A DNA stretch of 64,000 bases from Mantamonas sphyraenae STR306 (taxonomy: Eukaryota > Protista > CRuMs), in assembly GCA_026936335.1 (NCBI GenBank), contig JAPMXV010000052.1, positions 1 through 64,000 of the forward strand, written 5' to 3'. The position numbers and the translations under genes were made by a program. Under the pieces are notes generated by a model, which did no database searches, was not told the origin of the DNA, and saw only the letters and a list, made by a program, of their open reading frames with translations. Numbering within the stretch: the stretch's first letter is position 1; each line of letters opens with the position of its first letter. This document shows positions 10,935 through 22,600 of this stretch, in pieces.

Positions 10935-12619
10935 CTATTCCAACGTCTTTTCAAACGCCGCCACGCACTCCTCCACCCCATCGTACGCCTTCATCTGCCC
11001 GCGCTCGCTTTCCCACGCCTCCTGCCCCGCGTCCATGCCTCCCACCACAAAGATCTGCTTGCTCTGCGCCAGACACGGGTAGTTGCCCGTCACATGCACT
11101 CGCCAGCACGCTGCGCTCTCGTTTGCCCGCACAATCAAGTTCACCCCGCTCGCACGCGGTTTCCACGTAACCTGCGCCACACGCTCTGTGCTTCCGTTCA
11201 CCTCCTCCACCTCTGCGCTGATTGCCACGTGGTTGCTCACACGAGTCTTCAGCTCCCGCACAAAAAATCCGGCGTCCCCTTCCGCCAGCGCATGCTCTTC
11301 CAGATCCCCAACGTACACGTCGTTCGGCGACACATCGATCGAGCTCAGCGTCCCGCTCTCGTCAAAACCCAGCTGAACCTTGTACTCCGCCCCGCTGACG
11401 TTCACCTCCAGCGCCACAGAGTCCTCCTTGAACCGTGTCACATCCACTCCGCCCAGATGCGTACACACGTCCAGCACCTCCCGGTACCACTCGTCCATCT
11501 CCACATACTTTGGGTCTGCCTCTGCGTTGGCCTCCTCCTGCAGTGCTTCGTACGATTCCAGCGTCTCTCGGATCCCCCGCTCCAGTCCTTCCTTGCGCCC
11601 CTCCAGCTCCTCAACCTCCACCTCCAGCGCCTCCACCTCCATGCCGGCCTCGTTCAGTGCAACCCCCTTTGCCTTGATCTCCTGTGTCTGTTCCACCAGC
11701 TTCGCCTCTGCCTCTTCCACGCTGTTGATCCCTGCCTCCTCGCCAGCCTCCTGCTGGTAAAACTGAACCAGCTCATAGAACTGCTCCAACAGCTCCACAA
11801 GCGACCCCTTTTCCCGCTCCATCTCCACATACCCCGTCACACTCTCCGCCACCAGCTCACGAACCTCTGCCTCCCTCTCTGCGTTGGCCGCTTCCATCTC
11901 CGCCACAGCCACCTTCTGCTCCTCCAGCATCTTCTTCAGCCGGTTCAGCTTTGCATTGCTCGGGAACCGCAGCGCCTCCTCACTTGCTAGCGTGTCCAAG
12001 AACGACTGCTTCGTGAACAGCTCCACATACTTGAACTTCAGCTTGTTCAGGTACGCCTCCAGCTCGCCCCGCTCGTGTCCCCGTTCAGCCACGTCCACAT
12101 TCGCCACATTCCCCTCCATCGTCGCAACATGCAGTTTCTCCACCTGCTGTGCATCAACAATCCTGCACGCGCGTGTCCCAACACGTGTCAGCAAACGCCC
12201 CGCACCCCTCCGGACAGGTTCGCGCCAAAAAAAATCCGCTGCTCAACGTACATCTGGTACGACGCCATAAACTCCTCCTTGCTCATTGCCTGCACACTCG
12301 TGTTCTCTTGCTGCACTCGCACAGGCGACAGGTCTCCAAACTCTGGGATGTTGCTCGTCAGCTCTTCCATGTCCGCCTGCATCGCCTGCGACGCACGCAA
12401 CGCGGCTCCGCCCGCTGGCGTCGCCCAGCCCTTGTTGCCCCCGCTCTTCTGCGCAGGCGTCGCCTGCACCACGCTCTCCAAGTTCATAGTATCCCCTCCG
12501 TTCTCGCCTTCCGTGTGAATCGCGTGCGCCGCTGCAAACGACAATCGCCTCACTGTGTCCATGTTGTGTCTCTCGGTGTCTGCCTTGCCCCGCCCCGCGC
12601 ACCCCATTCCCCCACTCAT
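10935..12619 (-). CDS. SOS7: Kinetochore protein of the Zwint/Sos7/Kre28 family (coiled coil plus probable tandem RWD C-terminus)
   Basis: Exons 12619 (or 12562)-12252 and 12162-10935. Intron 12163-12251 (GTACGT...CTGAC...TGCAG). LNKLKFKYVELFTKQSFL matches the Sos7 signature (FSKLRFSYVEQVTKEKFL-like), and there is a later EMDEWYRE motif. Confidence 0.7.
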
Positions 12620-13721
12620 GTCCTCCTCCACATCCCTTCCCACCGTCTACTTTATGGTCCTCGGCAGCATCGACCAGTACACTGGCGGCTACATCTACGA
12701 CAAAGAAATGGTCGCCGGCATTCGTGCCGCAGGCTACACCGTCGTCGTCCTTGAGGTGCCCGACGATACCTGGGATTCCTGGGACGCCACAGACATTGAC
12801 CTTTCCACCTCGTTGACCCCCATCGTCATCGTCGACGGCCTCCTTGCAGACCGCCTCTCGCAAGCCGCCCGAAAAGTCCTTGCCTCCACACGCCTCCTCG
12901 CCCTCATCCACCACCCGTCCAGCCTTGAAAGCGGCCTCTCCCAGCAGCAAAAGGATGACATCACCGCTCATGAGCAGGCCCTCATCGACATGGCCACCTC
13001 CACCGTTGTCACAAGCACCAGCACACAGGCCATCGCCGCAGACCTCTATGCAAACCTCCCCCACGACGACATCCACGTCGTCTTGCCAGGCACCCCCGAT
13101 GCTTACACCCCGTCCCAGCCGGGCCAATCTGCATATCCAGACACAGATGTCCTCCTCCTAACCGTGGCCCACCACACACCCAGAAAGGACCACGCCTCCC
13201 TCGTTCGCGCCCTCTCCATCCTCGCTGACGACGCAGATGTCGCCCAGTCGGGCGTCTCCTACCTTGCCGTTTGTATTGGCTCCCAAGACCGCGACCCACA
13301 CTGCTTTGCCGATCTCCAATCCCTCACCGCCGAACTCGACGTCGCCCACCTCGTCCGTTTCCTCGGCGAGGTCGACGAGGACACACTCATGCAGACGTAC
13401 GCAGATTGCACCGCCTACGTCCACCCGGCCCTCTACGAAGGCTACGGCATGGCCCTCGCTCTCGGCCTCCGCAACGCAAAGCCAATCGTCTGCACAACCG
13501 GCGGCGCCACCACAGAGGTCATCCCCTCCGACGCCGCCCTCTTTGTCGAACCCGGTGACTACACCGCTCTCGCCCAAGCCCTCAAGACCATAATCATCGA
13601 CAAAGATGCCACGGCAAGCCTCCAGGCCGGCGCCCAGAAAGCCGCCGCCGCCCTCCCGTCCTGGGCCCAATCCGGCCAGCAGTTTGCACACATTGTCGCC
13701 ACCATGCATGCAGACGCCTAG
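12618..13721 (+). CDS. GT4 (GT-B fold) glycosyltransferase, bacterial type, intronless
   Basis: N-terminal GSIDQYTGGYIYDKEMV, VDGL, ALIHHP, RKDH, and the GT4 motif HPALYEGYGMAL...PIVCTTGGA. Confidence 0.88.
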   Translation: MSSSTSLPTVYFMVLGSIDQYTGGYIYDKEMVAGIRAAGYTVVVLEVPDDTWDSWDATDIDLSTSLTPIVIVDGLLADRLSQAARKVLASTRLLALIHHPSSLESGLSQQQKDDITAHEQALIDMATSTVVTSTSTQAIAADLYANLPHDDIHVVLPGTPDAYTPSQPGQSAYPDTDVLLLTVAHHTPRKDHASLVRALSILADDADVAQSGVSYLAVCIGSQDRDPHCFADLQSLTAELDVAHLVRFLGEVDEDTLMQTYADCTAYVHPALYEGYGMALALGLRNAKPIVCTTGGATTEVIPSDAALFVEPGDYTALAQALKTIIIDKDATASLQAGAQKAAAALPSWAQSGQQFAHIVATMHADA

Positions 13722-13819
13722 TCAACCCGTGACCACCCACGGCCGCTTCCCTTTCCCTTTCCCCTTTTCGAGAATGAAGAATGAACGAATCTTTCCATTG
13801 CGTCCTTGCCTTGCCCCCC

Positions 13820-15064
13820 TCACGCCGCGAAATCGTACTCTCCGCTCGCTCCAAGCACATGACCTTCGCCAGGCGCATCCTGGCTTGTGCTTTTCAGGTC
13901 CGCCACGTTCGATTCCATGCGAATCTGGTACAGAATCATGCCGATGGTCAGGATGCCAAACGACAGCCACGTGTACCAGTCCAGCGGCTCCAGTGCACGC
14001 CCGGCCATGAACGGCACCGAAAAGAACAGTGCAGACAGAGGCACACGCATAGCACTGCTCACAGCAAGCAACGTCGCGCTGCCCTTTTTCACCACAGCCA
14101 ACGACGCAAAGTTGAACGCAAAGTTGGCGGCCAGATACACGGCAAACACGCCAAACACGGCCGCACACGCAGGCGTACCGTTCGTCAAGCACGTAAACCC
14201 GTCGCGCAGGTACGTGCCAAACTCGCTCGGCGCCACGCTCGCCTTGGCTCCCATCAGCTCCGACGAAAACACCATCGGGAACGTCACCAGACCAATCAGC
14301 ACCTGGAAGATGTCCACCATCAGCATAAAGTAGAACAGATCGATCGAGTAGCGCTTCAGCACCACCTCCTTGTACACGCTCGACACAGAAAACGGCACCG
14401 CCGCAAGCGCAAGCAGCAGCAGCCAGAACCAATGCGCGTGCATCGTCACGCCCTCCTTGCCCCCCTGCTGGATGTCCGGCACGATCCCCATAACCACGCC
14501 CGCGAGCACCACCAGCATCCCCACGTAGTGCGTCCACTGGTACCGTGCTTTCAGAAACACCTTGGACAGCAGCACATTCATCGGAATGATCGTCTGCGCC
14601 ACAAGCACCTGCACCGGACCCGTCACGTGCGGCGACGGAATCGTCATCAGCAGGTTGCCCAGCCCGTCCAGAGCCGCCACAAGGATAAAGATTCGCGGCG
14701 GGAGGGCACGCATCTCTGGCGTGATGTCCTTCGTAAACAACAGCTTGTATCCCACCAACACACCCGCCACAATCAGAAATGACACCGGCAGAATCACAGA
14801 CGACAGCAGCCACACAAACGCGTGCATCTGGTACGTCAGCCGCGTGAAAAGAACCATGTCCACCGACCGCGAAAGCACAAGCAGTACCACCCACGCTCCA
14901 AGGATCACTTTCAGCCGCATAGAGTCCACTCCCAGCGTCTTGCTTTCTTCCGGCTGTCCTCCCAGGTAGATTGACTCCTTCACAGGGTCCTTGTCTCCCA
15001 GCAGCGCCGTCCCTTCTTCTTCCCCGTTCCGGCTTGTGAAAGGGTCGCTGAACTTGCTGGCCAT
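13820..15064 (-). CDS. CRT-like (chloroquine resistance transporter-like, DMT superfamily) multi-pass transporter
   Basis: About 10 hydrophobic segments. ITPEMRALP..FILVAALD, GPVQVLVAQTIIPMNVLLSKVFLKARY and SSVYKE match CRT/CLT family motifs. Confidence 0.85.
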   Translation of the reverse strand: MASKFSDPFTSRNGEEEGTALLGDKDPVKESIYLGGQPEESKTLGVDSMRLKVILGAWVVLLVLSRSVDMVLFTRLTYQMHAFVWLLSSVILPVSFLIVAGVLVGYKLLFTKDITPEMRALPPRIFILVAALDGLGNLLMTIPSPHVTGPVQVLVAQTIIPMNVLLSKVFLKARYQWTHYVGMLVVLAGVVMGIVPDIQQGGKEGVTMHAHWFWLLLLALAAVPFSVSSVYKEVVLKRYSIDLFYFMLMVDIFQVLIGLVTFPMVFSSELMGAKASVAPSEFGTYLRDGFTCLTNGTPACAAVFGVFAVYLAANFAFNFASLAVVKKGSATLLAVSSAMRVPLSALFFSVPFMAGRALEPLDWYTWLSFGILTIGMILYQIRMESNVADLKSTSQDAPGEGHVLGASGEYDFAA

Positions 15065-15249
15065 CTCCGTTCCTTTTTTTTCCTTGCCTCACCTTGTGCC
15101 CCCACTCCCGCTCTCCCCTACCTGTTCCCGTATCCATCTTCCATTCTCGCCTTGACACCAACCCCTCTCCTTCGCATCCCCTGTTCCCTCAAGTCTTCCC
15201 TGACACGCTTTCCCACCCCGGTCTTTCTCCAAAGACCCTCTCCCGCCCC

Positions 15250-16658
15250 ATGTCCGCCAACCACATTCACCGCACACCTCCACACATGTCTGGCGTCAAC
15301 GCAAAGCATCTCACGGGCCTTCGCGGCTACCTCCGCTCTCTCGTTCTTCCCTACACGCTTGGCGGCACAGCTGCCGTTGTCGCCGCGCAAAGCAACCCCA
15401 CCTGGTTCAAAGACCAGCTCTTCACCTTTAGCAGCGTGTTTGGCACCCACGAGTTTTTCCTCCTCTATTTGCCCACCCTTTTCTTTTGCGGCCACGCCGT
15501 CCTCGGCCGCCACCTAGTCGTCCTTTGCGGCTGCGGCATTTTCTTCGGCAACTGCTTCAAGGACTACTTCTGCCTCCCTCGTCCGCCTTGTCCGCCCGTC
15601 AAGCGACGCAACGGTCACGGCTCCCTCGAGTACGGCTTCCCGTCCACCCACTCCGTCAATGCCGTCAACCTGCCCTTTGCTATCGGCGTTTACGCAATCG
15701 GACTCCACACAGACTGGACCTGGCACACCGTCGCACTCGTCCTCTCCGCCTGCTGCGCCTACACTTTTCTCGTCTCCTACTCTCGACTCTACCTCGGCAT
15801 GCACTGCCCCACAGATATCGTCACAGGCCTCCTCCTCGGCGCCTCCATCTTCTTCTCCTGGACCTACCTCCTCGCAGACCCCGTCGACGACTGGCTCCGC
15901 ACAGACCCCAATGTGATCTACATCACCACCGCCGCAGGCATCCTTGCCGTTTGGCTTCACCCAGACCCCGTCGATCCCTGCCCCTGCTTTGCCGACTCGG
16001 TCTGCTTTGCCGGCGTCATTGCAGGCGTCTTCTCCGGCACCTCCCTCTGGGCCTCCAGCGACGCTGCTGCCCTCTACCCGGGCGTCGATGGCCCCTACTT
16101 CATCCTTGCCAAGCACGGTTACCTCAACGGCGTCCAGCGAATCGGCATTGGTGAGTGCGCGACTCAAGCTCCACCCCCGTCCCCTATCTCCCCAACTCAC
16201 ACCCTCCCTGCACAGGCCTCGTCCTTGTCGTCCTTACTCGCATGGTCATGAAGCGCATTTGCCTCAACATCCTCCCGTGGATCTACGAGACCCTGCGCCT
16301 GCCCACACGCAAGCACTTTGCCCATCTCGAGCCCCAAAAGTCCACCTCCAAGCTGCCCATCCCAGTCACCCCGTCCCTTGTCAACATCCAGAAGGAGCCC
16401 GCTGCAAAGGCACTCAGCATCCGCAAGCTGACCCGCACACGCAATGACGCAGCCGGCAGCGACAACGACAGCGACCAGCCACTCGCCATGGCCGGCAGCG
16501 ACACAAAAGGTGTCAAGCCCAAGAACATCATCGTCCACTACGACGTCGACACTCCCACAAAGTACATTGTCTACTATCTCATCGGATTGGTCGCCGTCTA
16601 CGTCGCGCCGCGCGTGTTCCACTGGATGGGTCTCCTCGATGCCACACTCACAAATTGA
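15250..16658 (+). CDS. SGPP1: Sphingoid-base-1-phosphate phosphatase (PAP2 family, SGPP/Lcb3-like)
   Basis: PAP2 motifs KDYFCLPRP, EYGFPSTHS and SRLYLGMH. Intron 16151-16215 (GTGAGT...CTCAC...CACAG). Start at 15250 or 15286. Confidence 0.9.
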
Positions 16659-19600
16659 CGTACTCGGTTGTTTTTCCACTTGCCCGTGGTTTGGCCTTCA
16701 ACGGCACGTCTCGGTACCTCGGCGGAAACGCCTTGTCACTGTCCACCTGCACGTCCACCACCTTGGCCCCGCCCGTCCCTCCGCGCCCTCCGCGCCCTCC
16801 GCCCCGTGGCGACTTGTCGTACGTCCACCTCGCAATCACCTCTTCCGTCGCTGCCTCCCACGTCTGTCGTCGCGACGCCTCAAACTGCTGCTCCTCCAAC
16901 GCCTTTTGGAACCGCCGCGCCGCCTCGTCCTGCCGCTCCTCCTCCGTTTTGCTCATGTCTCCCTTCACCTTTAGCGTCTGCACACGCTCGTAACGCCCTG
17001 TGCCGGGCACGACCTCCCCCGTCTCTGTGTACACTGCGCTGTAGATAGGTTCCACCCCGCCTCCGTCTGCTTCCAGTGCAGGCCGAGCGAAATCGTTGGC
17101 CCCAAACACAATCGGTTCCCCACTCGCCTCTTCCTTCTCCTCCTCCACCACCGACGGTGGCGCCACCAACACCACCTTTTTCGATACTTTCTCCACCTCC
17201 TTCTCCACCTCCTGCTCCACCTCCTGCTCCACCTCCTGCTCCACCTCCTGCTCCTCCCCTTGTGGTTCCTCTCCCTCGTCAATCTTGCCCAGCCCGTCCG
17301 CCATCTCCCGCACACGCTCTCCACGGCTCGATGGCCTGCCTCCTCCGCCTTCTCCTGACGATCCAGACACAGGAGGACGTGGTGCAACGCTGCTCGTACG
17401 CTCTCCGCCCACATCCGCCGCGCTCACACGCCCGCGTCCGCTCGCACGCTCCTTCTTCTGCTGCGCCGCACGCCGTGCTGCTTCCTCCTTGATGTGGTGT
17501 GCAATCGGCGTCACGTCCACCGTACGCGACACTCCGTGTACCGTCACAACCTTCTTCTTCACAATCTTGGCCCGTCCACGCACCGTTGGCTTCCCGCCTG
17601 CCCTGTGGTGTCTTCTGTTTCGCTCTGCAATCCGCTCCGCTTCCATCTGGCTCACCAAATCTGCGTATCCGCCTCGTTTGCCCACCGTTGTCGTCGCTGG
17701 CCCACTGCGTCCACCTGCACGTCCTCCTCCGCCGAGGGTTCCCGCCCGCTTTTTGCTCGCTTCAATCAGACGCCGGCCCTCCTTGCTCTTTGCAAACGAC
17801 AGAGACACGTCGTCACTCGATGACAAAGACGACGAAGAAGCTCCCTCTTGCTCTGTCCGTCTACCCTCTCCGCTTGAGCCCTCTCCGCTCGTCCTGATGC
17901 CGGTCGACTCATAGCTGTTCCGCACGCTCGACGATCCCTCGCCCGCGTGCATCACGGTGCTGCGACGCATGCGCACTGCTCGTTCCGTGCTTTGCGACGC
18001 CACGTTCATCGCCTGCACCAGCATGCGAAACGCCATCGACGCAAGTGCCGTGTTGCTCCTGTCCTCCACCATCAGCGTCACATACTCCAGTCGTCGCTTC
18101 AGACACGCACTGCAGTGATCTCCGTATCCTCCACACGCCGTACGCTTCAGGTACGCCAGCTCCAGGATGCGCGGTGCGATCTTTTCCAGCGACCGCCGCA
18201 CGTCCCGCACACCAAACATCTCCAGCGATTGCGGCCATCGAAACAGCCCATACTCTCGCGCCACACGCACAAACGTTGCACAGTCCATCCAGCCCTCCAC
18301 TGCACTTTCAGTCGGCAGCCGCGGGCCTCGGATCGCCGTGCTCAGCCGGTTCTCCCGGAACACTTTCGCTGCGTCCTCGTGCGTCCACAGCGAGCTGCAG
18401 AAGGTGCCCCACACCACCACAAACTGGTCAAAGTTGATCACAAACTCCTCTCGCTTCAGGTTCTGCTCCAACATGGCGCTGACGCTCTTCATCCGCGGCT
18501 GGAACCCTCCCGACGACTCAAAGCCCAGTCCGCTTCCTGCTGCTCCTGACGACGACGAGCCCATTCCTCCGCCTCCAGACGCTTCCACGTTCACGGGCAG
18601 CCTCGCAGCCAGAAACATGATTTGCAGCCGCTTCGACACCAGTTCCGACTGGTGCGGCCACTCCGCCATCAGGCAGTTTAGGAACTGGTCCATGTAGATC
18701 ATTTGCTGATTGTTCACGCCGTCGTGGAACACCAACGAGTGGATGTGGTGCGAAAACCACTCGAAGCGCTTGTTCACCATAAACGGAAACACCGTACGCA
18801 CAATGTCGATCGCCACGGGGAAGCTCACCTTGCGCGCAAACTGCAGCGATGGCTCCACGGCTGCCATGCTTTCCGACGACTCGCCGCCCGTCAGACACAG
18901 CGCACGCGCCGCCAGGAACAGGTCCAGGGCGTCCATCGGCAGCGCTTCGCTGTTCTCCTGCGACGCACTGATCCCTGCAAACCGTGCAAACATCGAGATC
19001 AGCACGTCGTCCGTCTTGCTGTAGTGCCGCACCCCCTCCAGGAACTTGACGATCTGCTGCTCCACATTTGCCTTTTGCATCGCATCCACCTCCTGCATAA
19101 AGTACTGCAGGATGAACTGCGGAAAGAACTGTTTGCTCACAAATTCCCGGTTCACGTGCCGTGCGTCCTGCTCCACCTTCTTTGCGTAGATCTGCACAAT
19201 GTGCATGTAAAGGTCGCTCTTGTTGCGCTGCACTTCGTTCGTCTCCTCCACCACCCGCAGATACCCGAGCACGCTCTTCTTGTACTTCCGCCAGTTGTTT
19301 TGGATCTTCTTGGATGCCTTGGACAGCGCCGCCGCCTGCCGCTCACGCTCCCGCTCTTGCCGTGCCTCCTCCATCCTCTGCTGCCGTTCCCGCTCCTGCT
19401 GCATAAGCTCCTTGTTCTTTTCGTCCTCGTTCGACATGGCCAGCGACGACAGACCCGTCCCGGACACAACCTCCTCTTCCTCCTCCTCCACCTCGACATC
19501 CTTTCCTGCCTGGCCCATCTTGTGCGTGCTGATATCCCTCACCACCGGTCGTTTCGGCCCACGTCGTCGGTGCAACGTCCCTGCCTCGTCCCCGCCCATC

Positions 19601-22600
19601 AGCAGAGGTGACGGCGACCGCCCGCCCTGCATCGGATCCAGCATTGGTGAATCCCCAAGCTTGACGACCTCCAGCCCAGCCCGCGTCTCTTCTTCCTCTT
19701 CCTCTTCTTCGTTCTCTTCTTCCTCTTTGTCTTCTTCGTCCTCGTTGTCGTTGTCTTCTTCTTTCTCCTCCTCCTTCTCCACCCTATCCTCCCAATCACC
19801 GTCCTCCTTCTTCACCACCGCCACCACCGCCACCACCTCCTCCTTCTCCTCCTTTACCTCCCGCTCCACCTCCTCCTTCTCCTCCTTTACCTCCCCCTCC
19901 TTCTCCTCCCGCTCCACCTCCTCCTTCTCCCCCTTCTCCACCTCCTCCTTCTCCCCCCTCACCACCACCCCATCCTCCACCCCATCATCAACCTCCCCAA
20001 CCCGCTCCGGCAACAGTGGCTTCTCAAGATGCTTCGCGCCACCCTCCCCCATCTCCACACCGTCACTTCTACCCCCATCCCGGGCTTCCTCCACCGCTTT
20101 GGCCTTGGGGTACACAATACGCGACACACGAGGCTTCGTCTGCCCACCTGATGCACCTGCTACTCGCCCAGGCTGCGCCACGGCTGCCCCTCCAACCTCC
20201 CCCGCAGTTACACCTTGTTTCGCTGCCTCCATCGCTGCCTCCGTCTCCTCTGCTTCTTGAAGCACAGAACGATCCCCGAGCACCTGCAACACCGGTTCCG
20301 CCTCCTTCAACCCCACCTTTTCCATCTTTTCCTCCAGCCATGCTTGCAGCGGCTGCTGGTGCGCATCCTGCGTGATCTTGCGCACTTCCCTCTCCATCGC
20401 CGCCTCCGCCACACGCTCCTCCTCCGTCTTTTCCTCCTCATCCTCTTCATCCTCCTCCTCCTCATCCTCCTGCACGTACTGCGGCTGCATCTCTTCTCTG
20501 CGCTTCCCTCCTCGCTTCTTCCGCACAGATTTGCTTCGCTGCCTGCTCGGCGATGTTCGACTGCCCTTCTTCTTCCCTCCGGCTGCTACTCCGACTCGCT
20601 TTTTCTTTGTCCGCTGTCCCCGCATGCTCCCTCCGCGTACCATCTCTTCCACCTCTGCTTGTGCTTCCTCCTCGTCTTCAAGTGTCCGTGATCCAACGCC
20701 ATCCCCCTCCTCCTCCTCCTGGCCCACACCACTGTGAGCGTTCAGACGTGCCAACAGCGCTTCCACATCAACAGGTTCCCGCGCTCGCTCTTCCTGTGCC
20801 TTTTTCTCCTTCTCCTTTTGCTCTTCCGCACGCGCGCGCGCAGACCGCACTTTGGCCATGTGCTCCTCGCTCGCTCCCTCCACAACCTCCTTCTTTTCCC
20901 CAATCCGCGCCACAGACATACTTCCCCGCATCTGCGGTCCCAGATATCCGCTCTCCTCTCCAGAATCCTCCTCCGCCGCTTCCTCCGTCCACTCTGTCCG
21001 CACCGTTCCCTCCACAACAGGGTCTGCCCGTCCTCCGCTGCTTTCTACAACTCCTTCCCTCTTGCCCTTGCTGTGTCCTCCGCGTCGGTGCTTGCTTCCG
21101 CTTCGCCGCCTCGTTCCTCCTCTTCCCTGCTCTTTGCTTTCCTCCTTCCCTGTGCTCTCCGGCACCTCCAGCGTCGTGCTTGCTTTGGCCATCAGCTCTC
21201 CAAGAAGCGCACTTGCGGACACAGACTCGCCGCTGCTGCTGCTCGCCTGTCCGCTCTTCTTCCGCCCTTCTCGTGGTGACACCTCCCCGCTTCCGCCCTC
21301 CCGCTCCTCCTTCGATCCTTTTCGTGCAAACGCACGCCCCACGTTTCGCATCATCGTCTTGCGCCTTTGCATATCTGCCACCTTGTTGGCCGCCTTTAGC
21401 TCACGCACCTCCTTCTCCAGCTCCTGGATTCGCTCCACGTACGTCACAACCTCCTCCTCCAGCTCCAACACATGAGACCTCTCGTGATGGATCCACTCAC
21501 GCAGCCTGTTTGCATCCTCCTCTTTCACCATTGCAAATCCCTCCTTTGACTCCCGCTCCATCAGATCCAGCGCGTCCTTCAGCACTCCTTTCACACGCCC
21601 AAACACTTCCTCCAACTCCTTCGCCGACGTCGGCGTCCGCAACTCCACAATCGGCGCAATCTGATTCATCAAAAACATCAGCGCCGACGACGCCACCCGG
21701 TCCACAGCACGGCTTTCGTCGTACTGCTTCCTCAGCGTGTTCAGTTTCGTCTGCATCCGAAAGTTCCGCGCTGTCAGCGTCTGCAGCTCTTGCTCCAGCG
21801 ACGCCTGGCTCGCACGCAGCGCTTTCATGTCTCCCATGTGCGATTCCAGTTCCTCCTGCTTCTCCTCCAGCGAGCCCCTCAGTTTCGCTGCGATCTCCTG
21901 TGCCCGCTTCTCGCTGTCCGACAACCGCCGCACCTCCTTCTTCAGGTTTGCAATCTGCCGTGCCGAAAACGTGTCCCAGCTGCCCGATCCCCGTCGCTCC
22001 AGCAGCGACACATGCGACCCACCTCCGCTGCTCCCCTGCGAGTCCTTCCGCTGCCCGCTACGCCATTCGTCAATCGTGTTGCCCACGTCGTCGTCGTGCA
22101 GCGACTCCAGCTGTTCCAGCACGTGTGCTTGGTCGTGATGCGTCCCTTGCTCCTTCAACATGCGCCTGTGCACGCTCTGCAACTCCGTCTTCAGCTTCTC
22201 CACACGCGCTTGTTCCACTCCCAGCTTCACACTCGACATACGCACTTCCTCACGCATCTCGCTCAGCTGAGCCTGCATCTCCTGCCTCTCTGCGTCCATC
22301 TCATACTCTGCTTCACGCTTCACCAGGTACACCCCGTGCTCGTGCTTCTCTCGCATCTCCGCAATCCGCTTTTCGTACTCGTTCCGGATTTCGTCGTACG
22401 CCTTTTGCCAGTGCTCCTTGTCCACGCTGCTCTTCGACTCTGTCAGCTGCTTTGAAAATTGCGCTCGTTGCGCCTGCAGTTGCCGTTCGTACCGGCTCAC
22501 CGTCTCCTTCAGCTCCGCTTGCAGGTTGATTTTCTGCTCCTGCATCGCCTTCATCAGCAGCTCCACCTCCGTCTGCAGGTTCTCCACCTCGCTTTGATGC

